NCBI GenBank assembly: GCA_038230235.1
Contig: JBBRNQ010000001.1
Span: 23,918 to 87,917 of the forward strand
Length of the DNA: 64,000 bases
Source: Actinomycetales bacterium
Lineage (GTDB): Bacteria > Actinomycetota > Actinomycetes > Actinomycetales > Dermatophilaceae
Reading direction: 5' to 3'
Position 1 is the stretch's first letter. The number at the start of each line of letters is the position of its first letter. The notes under the pieces were generated by a model that had not been told where the DNA came from, made no database searches, and saw only the letters and a list, made by a program, of their open reading frames with translations. Of the stretch, positions 27,388 through 40,096 are shown one piece after another. The position numbers and the translations under genes are program-made.

Positions 27388-28869
27388 TCAGGGAAGCTCC
27401 CAGGTGTGCACGGGCAGGTTCTCGTGCATCTGGGCGGCGTAGGAACGCAGCATCTCCCGCAGCGCCGTCGGGCGGTCGAGCCCTCGTTCCTCGAGGCGTC
27501 GTACGGCCCCGATCTGCCACGAGGCACCGTTCTGGCCGGTGAGGCACCGCCCCTCGATGACCGACAGGTAGCGATCGCGCACCTCTGGGGCCACGCCCCA
27601 CCGCCGCAGCCCCTCGTGGGCCATCGGCAGCAGGTGGCGCAGCACGAGCTCGGTCGCGGGAACCTCTCCGCGGTCGGGCCAGAACATCCGCGACTCGATG
27701 CCGTCGCGGGCTGCCGCGAAGAAGTTCTCCTCGGCGGCGCTGAAGCTCATGCGGGTCCAGGCCGGGCGGTCCTCGGACGCCAGCATCCGCAGCGCACCGT
27801 AGTAGAAGGCCGAGTTGGCCATGACGTCGATGATGCTCGGGCCGGCGGGCAGGACGCGGTTCTCCACCCGCAGGTGCGGGCGCCCGCCGACGATGTCATA
27901 GATCGGGCGATTCCATCGGTAGACCGTGCCGTTGTGCAGCTTGAGCTCCTCGAGCCGGGGCACCCCACCGGCGTCGAGCACGGCCACCGGGTCCTCGTCG
28001 GTCATCTCGGGCAGCAGCGCCGGGAAGTAGCGGACGTTCTCCTCGAAGAGGTCGAAGATCGAGGTGATCCACCGCTCGCCGAAGAAGACGCGAGGCCGCA
28101 CCCCCTGGTTCTTCAGCTCGACCGACCGGGTGTCGGCGGCCTGGCTGAAGAGCTCGATCCGCGTCTCGTGCCACAGCTGTCGACCGAAGAAGTAGGGGCT
28201 GTTGGCGCCCACGGCCAGCTGCGGCCCGGCCAGCACCTGGGCGGCGTTCCAGTGCGCCGCGAAGTGATGGGGCTCGACCTGCAGGTGCAGCTGCAGCGAG
28301 GTGCAGGCGCTCTCGGGAGCCAGCGAGTCGGCGTAGGTGTCGACGCGCTCACCGGTGGTGCCCTCGATGTCGAGCTCGATGTCCTCACCGCGGGCGGCGA
28401 GGACCGCGTCGTTGAGGGCCTGGTAGCGGGTGTTGGCGCTCATCCAGTCGGCCTCGAAGTGCTCGGGCATCACCGTCGGCAGGATGCCGATCATGAGGAT
28501 GTGGGCACCGACGTCGCGGCTGCGCCGCTCGGCCACGTTGAGCGAGTCGCGCAGGTGCGCCTCGAGGTCGAGGGCGGCAGTGCCCGGCAGCGGCTGCGGC
28601 GGGAGGTTGAACTCGATGTTGTAGCGGGCCAGCTCAGTCTGGTACTCCGGGTCCTCGATGGCGGCGAGGACGTCCTCGTTGGCCATCCGCGGACCATAGT
28701 CGTCGTCGACGAGGTTGAGCTCGATCTCCATGCCTGTGAGCTGGCGATCGAACTCGAAGCTGCTCTCGCTCAGCATCCGCCCGAAGACGTCGAGGTCGGC
28801 CCGCACCTTCTCGCGATACTGCTGGCGCTGCTCACGCGTATAGCTCGCCGAGGCGACGTCCTTTCCCAT
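27388..28869 (-). CDS. Glutamate-cysteine ligase family 2 (GCS2)-like protein
   Basis: GMEIELNL, ELARYNIE, ESACTSLQLHLQV, ANSP, HNGTVYRWNRP, RVENRVLPAGP. TACGGT lies 6 nt before ATG. Confidence 0.85.
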   Translation of the reverse strand: MGKDVASASYTREQRQQYREKVRADLDVFGRMLSESSFEFDRQLTGMEIELNLVDDDYGPRMANEDVLAAIEDPEYQTELARYNIEFNLPPQPLPGTAALDLEAHLRDSLNVAERRSRDVGAHILMIGILPTVMPEHFEADWMSANTRYQALNDAVLAARGEDIELDIEGTTGERVDTYADSLAPESACTSLQLHLQVEPHHFAAHWNAAQVLAGPQLAVGANSPYFFGRQLWHETRIELFSQAADTRSVELKNQGVRPRVFFGERWITSIFDLFEENVRYFPALLPEMTDEDPVAVLDAGGVPRLEELKLHNGTVYRWNRPIYDIVGGRPHLRVENRVLPAGPSIIDVMANSAFYYGALRMLASEDRPAWTRMSFSAAEENFFAAARDGIESRMFWPDRGEVPATELVLRHLLPMAHEGLRRWGVAPEVRDRYLSVIEGRCLTGQNGASWQIGAVRRLEERGLDRPTALREMLRSYAAQMHENLPVHTWELP

Positions 28870-28980
28870 GGGCAAACCGTAGGGGGTGCAGGCCCCTCGG
28901 CGCACGGTGAGGCCGTGGCGGATCGGCACACGCCGCCCGGCCTCCCCGACGCTGTCGGTGCGCCGACCTACCCTTCGAGC

Positions 28981-30198
28981 GTGCGGTTCCTCCACACTTC
29001 CGACTGGCACCTGGGGCGGTCCTTCCACCAGGTGGGCCTCCTGCCTGCCCAGTCCCGGTTCCTCGACCACCTCGTCGAGGTCGTGCGGGCCGAGCAGGTC
29101 GACGCCGTGCTGGTCGCGGGCGACGTCTACGACCGCGCCCTGCCCTCACCCGACACGGTGCGGCTGCTGTCGGAGACCGTCGTGCGCCTCGTCGACGCCG
29201 GTGCGCAGGTCGTCCTCTCCAGCGGCAACCACGACTCCGCGACCAGGCTCGGGTTCGCGTCCGACCTGCTCGAGCGCTCGGGCCTGCACATCCGCTCCAC
29301 CGTGGCCGACATCGGCCGGCCGGTCCTCGTCGAGGGAGTGGCGGTGCACGCCCTGCCCTACCTCGAGCCGTCAGCCGTGTCGGACACCCTCGGTGCGGGG
29401 GAACGGACCCACGCCGGCGTGCTCCGCGCGGCGATGACCCGGGTCGAGGCCGATCTCAGCGCACGCGGAGGACCGTCGGTGGTCATGGCCCACGCCTTCG
29501 TCACCGGCGGAGCCACGAGCGACAGCGAACGCGACATCTCCGTCGGCGGGGTGAGTGCCGTGCACCCCGACGTGTTCGCCGCCGCGTCGTACGCCGCCCT
29601 CGGGCACCTGCACGGGCGGGCCGAGATCACCGACCGGGTGCGCTACAGCGGCTCCCCCGTGGCGATGTCGTTCAGCGAGTGGGGGCACACCAAGGGCTCG
29701 TGGCTGGTCGACCTGGCCGACGACGGGGCGGTGGCGGCGCAGTTCGTCGAGGCGCCGGTCGACCGACCCCTCCGGTTGCTGCGCGGCGACCTCGACGCGC
29801 TGCTCGCCGATCCGGGCCTGCGCGGGGCCGAGTCGGCCTACGTGCAGGCCACGCTCACCGACCCCGCCCGGCCGCGGGCCGCGATGGACCGGCTGCGGGC
29901 GCGGTTCCCGCACACCCTCGTGCTCCAGTGGGAGCCGCAGGGGGTGGCAGTGGACCTCAGCACGTACGCCGCGCGGGTCGGCACCCGCCGTGACGACCTC
30001 GACCTCTGCTGCGACTTCCTCGCCCACGTGCGCGGTGGGCTCCCCGCCGGCCGCGGCGAGCGGGGTCTGCTCCGCGAGGCCCTCGAGGCCTCGCGGATCG
30101 AGCAGGCCCGACACGCCGACGAGATCGGGGCCATGCTCCCCGGGCTCGAGGACCTCGAGCTACCCGAGCACCCCGAGCGCCGGTCGGGTGCCGCGTGA
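28981..30198 (+). CDS. sbcD: Exonuclease SbcCD subunit D
   Basis: FLHTSDWHLG, AGDVYD, GNHDS, ALGHLH, RYSGSP. TACCCT lies 6 nt before GTG. Confidence 0.95.
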   Translation: MRFLHTSDWHLGRSFHQVGLLPAQSRFLDHLVEVVRAEQVDAVLVAGDVYDRALPSPDTVRLLSETVVRLVDAGAQVVLSSGNHDSATRLGFASDLLERSGLHIRSTVADIGRPVLVEGVAVHALPYLEPSAVSDTLGAGERTHAGVLRAAMTRVEADLSARGGPSVVMAHAFVTGGATSDSERDISVGGVSAVHPDVFAAASYAALGHLHGRAEITDRVRYSGSPVAMSFSEWGHTKGSWLVDLADDGAVAAQFVEAPVDRPLRLLRGDLDALLADPGLRGAESAYVQATLTDPARPRAAMDRLRARFPHTLVLQWEPQGVAVDLSTYAARVGTRRDDLDLCCDFLAHVRGGLPAGRGERGLLREALEASRIEQARHADEIGAMLPGLEDLELPEHPERRSGAA

Positions 30199-33100
30199 GG
30201 CTCCACTCGCTCCAGGTCACGGCCTTCGGCCCGTTCGCCGACACCGTCGAGGTCGACTTCGACGACGTGACCGCCGCGGGCCTCTTCCTCATCCAGGGCC
30301 CGACGGGGGCCGGCAAGACGAGCCTGCTCGACGCCATCTGCTGGGCCCTCTACGCCGGTCTGCCCGGTGCCCGACGAGGCACCCGGCGACTGCGCAGCGA
30401 CCACGCGGTCGACACCGCAGTCCCCCAGGTCGTCCTCGACTTCACCACCGGTCGCCGGCGCTTCAGGGTGACGCGGTCACCGGAGTTCGAGCGGCCGAAG
30501 AGGCGGGGCACCGGCACCACGAGGGCTTCGGCCACCGTGCTGCTCCAGGAGCACGTCGGTGGCACGTGGGTGGTGAGGTCGACCCGCAACGACGAGGTCG
30601 GCGAGATCGTCACCGAGGTGCTCGGGATGGGTCTGGAGCAGTTCAGCAAGGTCGTGCTGCTGCCCCAGGGCGAGTTCTCCGCCTTCCTGCGGGCCGACGC
30701 CGAGGAGCGGCGAGGCCTCCTCGAGCGCCTCTTCGACATCTCGACGTGGACCGGTGTCGAGGAGTGGCTCGTCGAGCAGCGCCGCACGCTCGCCGAGCAG
30801 GTCGAGCGGTCTCGGGCTGGCGTCGTCACCGATCTCGCCCGCCTGCGCGATACCGTCGTCACGCTCCCGGCCGAGGTCGCAGGCGACGACGTCTGGACGG
30901 TCGAGCACCTCGACCGCGTCCCGGCGGCCCTCACCGGTCTCGCCGAGCGCTGCGAGGAGCACGTCGGCTCGACCCTCGCTGCGCTCGACGCCGGCGACAG
31001 CGAGGTCACCCGGGCCGAGCAGGCCCGGGTCGAGGCCGTTGCCCTGGCCGAACGCCAGCGCCGGGCTGCGCACGCCGCGGCGCAGCTGGCTGAGCTGGAC
31101 GCTGCGGCACCGGTGGTCGACGAGGCGGCCCGGCGCATCGAGCGGAGCCGGCAGGCCGAGGTCGTCGCCACCGAGATCGCCGCCCGAGCGCGCGCGGTCA
31201 CGAGGGTCCGCACGAGCGCCGGGCAGGTGCAGCGGCTGCGAGACCAGCTGGGACTCGGGGTCACGGCCCCAGGAGCTCGACCTCACGGACTCGAAGGTGA
31301 CGACGTCGACCTCGCCCAGGTCGCAGCCCTCCGCATCGAGGTGGGCCAGCACTCAGCCGACCTGGCCCAGGCCCTGAGAGCCGACCTCGACGAGCGAGAG
31401 CAGCGACGTCGGCTACGGCGCCTGCGCGACCAGGAGGCGGCAGCGACGCGCGAGCTCGAGGAGCTCGACCTGCTGGCGGCCCGGCTGGTCGCGGATCAGG
31501 TGGCGGCCAGACAGTCCGTCGACGCCCATCGGGCGCGAGCCCGCGAGCAGGCCGTCCTGCGGGCCCGACACGAGACGCTGGGTGAGCTGGTCTGGATCGC
31601 CGACGCCCTCGACAAGGCGCGCGAGGGCGCACTGCGCCTGCAGGACGAGCACCGCGCGGCGCGTGACGACGAGCTCGATGCCCACGAGACCTACCTCGCG
31701 GCTCGCCAGCACCGGCTCGAGGGCATGGCGGCAGAGCTGGCCGGGCAGCTCGACGCCGACCAGGAGTGCCCCGTGTGCGGCGCTCTCGAGCACCCCCACC
31801 CCGCCTCGGCCGCCGGGGACGCGGTCTCGGCCGAGCAGGTCGCCCACGCCGAGGAGGCCTGGCACGACCGACGGGGTCGGCGCGACCGGGTAGGCGGTCG
31901 GCTGGCCGCCGCAGAGGCCGTGGTGCGTTCACGCACCACCGACCTGGCGCGGCAGATGCGGGCGGTCGCCGAGCGCGCCGCACCCGGCGAGGACCCGACG
32001 GGTGCGGTCTCGACGGGTGACGTCCCGACGGGTGAGGTGTCGACGGCTGAGGAGGACGGGCTCCTGGCCGCCTCGGCCACCCCTCGCGCGTGGCAGTCGG
32101 AGCAGGCGCAGGTGCGGGTCGCCCTGCGCGATCTCGGTGATCCACCCGGCACGGCCGAGCGGCTCGAGGCCCAGGTCCTGGCCACGGACGACGCCGTGTC
32201 TGCTCACGGACTCCGCGTGGGTGCGCTCGCCGAGTCCCTCGCCGGCGGGCGGGCGCTCCTGGCTGAGGTCCAGGCCTCCCTGACCACGATGGCGTCCCGA
32301 CGTGACACCGTCCTCGCTGCCCATGCACCGTGCCCGTGCACGGCCCCAACTGTCCGCACCGCAGCCGACAGGGCCGCACGCGACAGGGCCGCAGCCGACA
32401 GGGCCGCAGCCGACACGGCCGCACAGGACCACCCCACAGCCGGCATCACCGTCGACCGCCTCGAGGGCGCTCGGGTGGCGGAGACGGTGCGCCGTCACAG
32501 CCAGTACGACGAGGCCCTGCGTGAGCTCGCCGCGCGGCTGAGCTCGGCCGACGAGGCGCAGGTCGAGCTCGCCGCGTGCGACGCACGGCTCACCGAGACC
32601 CTGCGTGAGCGGGGCTTCGCCACCGCCGACGAGGCCAGGAGCGCCGCGGAACCGACCGTCGAGGTCGCGCAGCTCGAGACCGTGGTCCGCGACGCCCGCG
32701 CCCGGCGCACGGCCGCCGAGCAGGTGCTGGCCGACGAGCAGGTGCGGCGGGCGGCCGCCCTCCCGCCCGCCGACGAGGCGGGGGCCGCGCAGGTCGCCCT
32801 CGTGGCCCGCAGTCGGCAACGCGCTGCCCAGCAACGCGACGTCGTCGCCCGGCAGGCCCACCAGCAGCTCACGGGACTGCTCGCCTCCCTCGGCGGGGCG
32901 TGCGCACAGCTCGCCCCGCTGATGAGCCGGTCCGACCAGGTCAGCGACCTGGCGGCCCTCGTGACCGGGATCGGGGCCGACAACACCCTGCGCATGCGCC
33001 TGTCCTCCTTCGTCCTTGCCGCCCGGCTCGAGAAGGTCGCGGCGCTGGCCAACGAGCGGCTGGCGGTGATGGGCGACGGGCGCTACCAGCTCCAGCACAG

Positions 33101-33503
33101 CGACGGGCTCGACACCGGCCGACGCCGCAGCGGTCTGGGGCTGGTCGTGCGCGACCTCTGGACCGGCGCCGTGCGAGACACCAGCACCCTCTCGGGGGGT
33201 GAGTCCTTCATGGCCTCGCTGGCCCTCGCCCTGGGTCTCGCAGACGCCGTGCGCGAGGAGGCCGGGGGGTTCGACCTGCAGACGCTCTTCGTCGACGAAG
33301 GGTTCGGCACCCTCGACGACGACAGCCTGGAGGAGGTGCTCACCGTCCTCGACGGCCTGCGCGAGGGTGGTCGAGCGGTGGGCGTGGTCAGCCACGTGAG
33401 CGACCTGTTGACCCGGATCCCGACGCAGATCTGCGTCACCAAGACCCAGGCCGGCTCCTCGGTGTCGATCCGCACCGGGTCAGGACAGACGTCCGCCGCC
33501 TGA
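30195..33503 (+). CDS. sbcC: Exonuclease SbcCD subunit C (SMC-like ATPase)
   Basis: GPTGAGKT, LPQGEF, zinc hook CPVCG, LSGGESF, LFVDEGFG, VSHV. Confidence 0.95.
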   Translation: MRLHSLQVTAFGPFADTVEVDFDDVTAAGLFLIQGPTGAGKTSLLDAICWALYAGLPGARRGTRRLRSDHAVDTAVPQVVLDFTTGRRRFRVTRSPEFERPKRRGTGTTRASATVLLQEHVGGTWVVRSTRNDEVGEIVTEVLGMGLEQFSKVVLLPQGEFSAFLRADAEERRGLLERLFDISTWTGVEEWLVEQRRTLAEQVERSRAGVVTDLARLRDTVVTLPAEVAGDDVWTVEHLDRVPAALTGLAERCEEHVGSTLAALDAGDSEVTRAEQARVEAVALAERQRRAAHAAAQLAELDAAAPVVDEAARRIERSRQAEVVATEIAARARAVTRVRTSAGQVQRLRDQLGLGVTAPGARPHGLEGDDVDLAQVAALRIEVGQHSADLAQALRADLDEREQRRRLRRLRDQEAAATRELEELDLLAARLVADQVAARQSVDAHRARAREQAVLRARHETLGELVWIADALDKAREGALRLQDEHRAARDDELDAHETYLAARQHRLEGMAAELAGQLDADQECPVCGALEHPHPASAAGDAVSAEQVAHAEEAWHDRRGRRDRVGGRLAAAEAVVRSRTTDLARQMRAVAERAAPGEDPTGAVSTGDVPTGEVSTAEEDGLLAASATPRAWQSEQAQVRVALRDLGDPPGTAERLEAQVLATDDAVSAHGLRVGALAESLAGGRALLAEVQASLTTMASRRDTVLAAHAPCPCTAPTVRTAADRAARDRAAADRAAADTAAQDHPTAGITVDRLEGARVAETVRRHSQYDEALRELAARLSSADEAQVELAACDARLTETLRERGFATADEARSAAEPTVEVAQLETVVRDARARRTAAEQVLADEQVRRAAALPPADEAGAAQVALVARSRQRAAQQRDVVARQAHQQLTGLLASLGGACAQLAPLMSRSDQVSDLAALVTGIGADNTLRMRLSSFVLAARLEKVAALANERLAVMGDGRYQLQHSDGLDTGRRRSGLGLVVRDLWTGAVRDTSTLSGGESFMASLALALGLADAVREEAGGFDLQTLFVDEGFGTLDDDSLEEVLTVLDGLREGGRAVGVVSHVSDLLTRIPTQICVTKTQAGSSVSIRTGSGQTSAA
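32361..32420 (+). repeat. 4 x 15-bp in-frame repeat (AADRA) within sbcC
   Basis: gcagccgacagggcc units; a second 3 x 15-bp repeat lies at 32001-32045 (GAVST/GDVPT/GEVST). Confidence 0.85.
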
Positions 33504-33537
33504 GCCGACCCGTGACCGAGGTGGCACAGTCAGGGCT

Positions 33538-34602
33538 GTGGACGACGAGACCCGCGCCCGGCGCGACCGGTGCGACACCTTCCTGCTCGGTGACGGCCAG
33601 GTGCTGCCGGCGCAGCTGTTGGCGTCGATCGGGGAGTCGGTGGTGCCCGACACCTACGGCGACGGAGGTGTCGTGGCCGACCTCGAGTCGGTGGTGGCGA
33701 ACCTGCTCGGCTTCCCCGACGCGGTCTTCCTCCCCAGCGGGACGATGGCGCAGGCCGCGACCCTGCGGGTGCACGCCGATCAGCGCTCTCGGCGGACCGT
33801 GCTGTGGCACCCTACCTGCCACCTGCAGACCCACGAGGGGGATGCGTACTCCCGAGTGCACGCCCTGGTGGGCCGGTCGGTCGGGGACCGCCATCGACTG
33901 CTGTCACGTGCTGACCTCGACGAGGTCGCCGAACCGGTGGGGGCGCTGCTGCTGGAGCTGCCCCAACGCGACCTCGGTGGGCAGCTGCCGGACTGGGACG
34001 ACCTCACCGAGCAGCTGGGGTGGGCTCGTGACCACGGCGCAGCTGCGCACCTGGACGGGGCGCGGCTGTGGGAGGCCAGCGCGGGCTACGAGCGGTCTCC
34101 GGCCGAGATCGCCTCGCTCTTCGACAGTGCGTACGTGTCGTTCTACAAGGGCATCGGCGCGCTGTCGGGGTGCTGCGTGGTCGGGTCGTCCGACGTGGTG
34201 GCTCAGGTGCGGGAGTGGCGACAGCGGCTGGGCGGCACCATGTTCGGGTTGTGGCCAGCGGCCGCTTCCGCCCTGCACCTGCTTCAGGAGCGGCTTCCCG
34301 AGATGCCGGCGCGGCTCACCCAGGCGCGGAGGATCGCGGCCGCGCTGAGTGGCGTGGACGGCGTGCGGGTGGTCCCCGACCCACCGCAGACGCCGATGAT
34401 GCACCTCCTCTTCGACGTCACCGAAGCGCGGTTCGTCGCCAACGCGAGGCGGCTGGCGGACGAGCAGGGCATCTGGGTCTGGCCGCAGCCCATGAGCACC
34501 GACGACCCGGGCGTGGTGCGCTGCGAGCTGAGCGTCGGTCGCGCCACCTGTCGTCTGGATCCGGAGCAGGTGGCCGCGACTCTCCAGGCGCTCTGCCGCT
34601 GA
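33538..34602 (+). CDS. Low-specificity threonine aldolase (beta-eliminating lyase)
   Basis: FLPSGTMAQ, HLDGARLWE, YVSFYKGIGA. Confidence 0.88.
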   Translation: MDDETRARRDRCDTFLLGDGQVLPAQLLASIGESVVPDTYGDGGVVADLESVVANLLGFPDAVFLPSGTMAQAATLRVHADQRSRRTVLWHPTCHLQTHEGDAYSRVHALVGRSVGDRHRLLSRADLDEVAEPVGALLLELPQRDLGGQLPDWDDLTEQLGWARDHGAAAHLDGARLWEASAGYERSPAEIASLFDSAYVSFYKGIGALSGCCVVGSSDVVAQVREWRQRLGGTMFGLWPAAASALHLLQERLPEMPARLTQARRIAAALSGVDGVRVVPDPPQTPMMHLLFDVTEARFVANARRLADEQGIWVWPQPMSTDDPGVVRCELSVGRATCRLDPEQVAATLQALCR

Positions 34603-34636
34603 CCAGCCTGATCTGACCTCGACGTGGAGCCCTCGC

Positions 34637-37633
<2,997 letters not shown>

Positions 37634-37675
37634 GGGACTCCTCGGAGGCTGCGGGGGACGCGATCGTGACGGTGC

Positions 37676-37835
37676 TCCCCCTCTGTCGTCCCGCCCCGGC
37701 GACTGACGACGGGGCTGCTCCAGAGTTGCCTTGCTCGCGTGGTCCTTTGCGCCTGAGAGGTTCCGGGGTGTTGCCCCTTCGGCGCCCCGGCTGACGCCCG
37801 ATGTGCTCGGTCGTCCCGGGGGCTCTCCCACGAGA
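37676..37835 (-). ncRNA. Glycine riboswitch (one full aptamer plus truncated ghost aptamer)
   Basis: Minus strand GGGAGAG...GCGCCGAAGGGGCAA...GAACCTCTCAGG...AGGACC, then CTCTGGAG...GACAGAGG; directly upstream of gcvP. Confidence 0.88.
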
Positions 37836-37914
37836 GCTGATGCGGCGTGCCCAGTCTACCCACCCGGAAGCCGAGGCTCGCCAGCGAGCCAGGGGTTGCG
37901 TCGACCGGCTCGGG

Positions 37915-38499
37915 TCAGGAGGTCTTGCGCAGCCGGCGGGCCGACAGCTCGTCGCCCGCCTGGAGGCCGGGGGCGTCGTCGCCGGCGCGCTCGCTCGGCA
38001 GGGCGGAGAGGGTGCCCTCGATCTCGCGCCACACGCGGCCCACGGCGATGCCGAAGACGCCCTGACCACCCTGGACGAGGTCGATGACCTCATCGGCCGA
38101 CGTGCACTCGTAAACCGAGGCACCGTCGCTCATCAGGGTGATCTGCGCGAGGTCGTCGACGCCCCGCTCCCGCAGGTGGGCGATGGCGACCCTGATCTGC
38201 TGCAGCGACACCCCCGTGTCGAGCAGGCGCTTGACGACCTTGAGGACGAGGATGTCGCGGAAGCCGTAGAGCCGCTGGGTGCCCGAGCCACCTGCCGTGC
38301 GGACGGAGGGCTCGACCAGACCGGTCCGCGCCCAGTAGTCGAGCTGCCGGTAGGTGATCCCTGCCGCCTTGCAAGCGGTGGGGCCGCGGTAGCCGATGTC
38401 GTCGCTGAGGTCGGGCAGGTCGTCGTCGAAGAGCAGGCCCTGGGCCGCCATCGGCATCGCCGGCCTCGGCTCCAGGTGTGCGTCACCCGTGGTGTTCAC
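37915..38499 (-). CDS. MerR-family regulator (Rv1830/McdR-like)
   Basis: GYRGPTACKAAGITYRQLDYWARTGLVEPS...RLYGFRD; AGGAGG RBS. Confidence 0.92.
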   Translation of the reverse strand: MNTTGDAHLEPRPAMPMAAQGLLFDDDLPDLSDDIGYRGPTACKAAGITYRQLDYWARTGLVEPSVRTAGGSGTQRLYGFRDILVLKVVKRLLDTGVSLQQIRVAIAHLRERGVDDLAQITLMSDGASVYECTSADEVIDLVQGGQGVFGIAVGRVWREIEGTLSALPSERAGDDAPGLQAGDELSARRLRKTS

Positions 38500-38623
38500 G
38501 CATGACCTCCTCGTTGGGTAGTGCCCGGCCCGCGTCGGGTCGTGGCTCGGACGCTCCAGGGTCGTGCCGCCGCAGCCGTGGTGGCCGCAGGTGTAACTAC
38601 ACCGTCGTGCTTCCGAAGCACTG

Positions 38624-38652
38624 ACGCTACGGCGCTCCCCCGTGATCGTCAA
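38624..38652 (-). promoter_or_regulatory. sigma70 promoter TTGACG-N17-TAGCGT for the Rv1830-like merR
   Basis: Plus strand acgcta (38624-38629) and cgtcaa (38647-38652), 17-nt spacer. Confidence 0.7.
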
Positions 38653-38725
38653 TCACCCCGCCCTGACGGGACGGCGTGTCGCCCGAGCAGGACGGCCGGT
38701 CTGACCCTCCACCTCAGGGTGAGGC

Positions 38726-39280
38726 TCACCGCTCCGGCGGGGGTCCGTCACCGGGAAGATCGTCTGCCTCACCGGTCTCGTCGCCCGGGCCCGGCTCGTG
38801 CGGACCCTCGGCGGCACCGGCACCGAAGTCCTCCGCCGACACCTGGTCGAGGAACTCGCGGAAGCGCTCCACCTCGTCGTCCTCCTCGGGGGCCAGCGCG
38901 ACCCCGGCCTCGTCGAGGACTGCCTCGGCCACGACGATGGGGGTGCCGGTACGGAGCGCCAGCGCGATGGCGTCCGAGGGCCGTGCGCTGATCTCGTGCG
39001 TGCCGTCGATGAGCAGCAACGCATAGAAGACCTTGTCGCGCAGCTCGACGATCCGGATCTCGGTCACCGCGTGCCCCAGGCCGTCGAGGACGTCCTTGAA
39101 CAGGTCGTGGGTCAGCGGCCGCGGAGGCACGACACCCTGCTGGGCGTAGGCGATAGCGGTGGCCTCGGCCGCACCGATCCAGATCGTGAGGTACCTGTCG
39201 CCGTCTCGCTCGCGCAGCAGCACGATCGGTTGGTTGGTGGGCATCTCGACCCGCACCCCGAGGACGTCTACAGGCTTCAC
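38726..39280 (-). CDS. Bifunctional nuclease (DUF151) family
   Basis: PIVLLRE, IWIGAAEA, RPLTHDL, ARPSDAIALA. TAACGT lies 6 nt before GTG. Confidence 0.93.
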   Translation of the reverse strand: MKPVDVLGVRVEMPTNQPIVLLRERDGDRYLTIWIGAAEATAIAYAQQGVVPPRPLTHDLFKDVLDGLGHAVTEIRIVELRDKVFYALLLIDGTHEISARPSDAIALALRTGTPIVVAEAVLDEAGVALAPEEDDEVERFREFLDQVSAEDFGAGAAEGPHEPGPGDETGEADDLPGDGPPPER

Positions 39281-39303
39281 GTGCCCACGTTACCCCGCTC
39301 CGG

Positions 39304-40071
39304 TCAGGATCCGAGGCCTGCCTTGACCAGAGCCACATGCAGGGCCAGGCAGTGCCGCAGCACGCGGGCGGTCTCGTCGTCGTCACCGGGGCGCACGGCC
39401 TGCCTCACCAGCCCGATCTCGCGGTCGGCGGCGGTGCGGAACGGGCGCAGGTGCCGAGCCTCGATCCCGACTCCCGCGAGCGCCCCCGCGGACCGGGCGA
39501 CCTCGAGCGCGGCGGCGTCGTAGTGCCCGTCGCGACCCGGGCGGAGGAGTCCGTAGGTCAGCAGGGACGCGAACGTCGCCTCGTCGAGGCCGCTGGCCGT
39601 GCGGACCTCCGAGTCGGTCAGACGCAGCCGCCGTGGCGTATGGAGCTCGCTCTCCGGGGGCAGCTCATCGCCCGGCGCCGCCGGCGGGACGGTGGGCAGC
39701 CCGGGGGTGCCGACGAGCCCGTCCGCCCCGTGTCCGAGCCCAGCACCGGGCCCACCACCGGGCCCACCACCCGGCCCACCATCCGCCCCACCCGCCGTGC
39801 CCCCGTCGAGCGCGGGCTCGAGGCCACGGTCGAGCGCGTCGAGCGCGTCACGGATCACCTTCAGCGGCCAGAACCGGTCTCGCTGGGCCACCAGGACGTA
39901 ACGCAGCCGAGCCACGTCACCGCGTCGGTACCGACGGTAGCCCGACGAGGCCCGTTCGGGCGTGAGCAGACCCTCGGCCTCGAGGAAGCGGATCTTGCTG
40001 ATCGTCAGGTCGGGGAACTCCGGAAGGAGCTCGTCCACCACGGCCCCGATGGATCGTGCGCTCTCGCTCAC
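39304..40071 (-). CDS. MerR-family regulator (Rv1828/FtsR-like)
   Basis: SIGAVVDELLPEFPDLTISKIRFLEAEGLLTPER.SSGYR, WPLKVI, RHLRPF; internal GGPG repeats. Confidence 0.9.
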   Translation of the reverse strand: MSESARSIGAVVDELLPEFPDLTISKIRFLEAEGLLTPERASSGYRRYRRGDVARLRYVLVAQRDRFWPLKVIRDALDALDRGLEPALDGGTAGGADGGPGGGPGGGPGAGLGHGADGLVGTPGLPTVPPAAPGDELPPESELHTPRRLRLTDSEVRTASGLDEATFASLLTYGLLRPGRDGHYDAAALEVARSAGALAGVGIEARHLRPFRTAADREIGLVRQAVRPGDDDETARVLRHCLALHVALVKAGLGS

Positions 40072-40096
40072 CGGCCAGTCCTCGGAAGAGCGGCCG

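Noticed and set aside
27373-28980. 941-aa ORF (27373-30198) as one large protein
   Set aside because: Only the part from GTG 28981 has SbcD motifs; the upstream part is the antisense shadow of the GCS2 gene.
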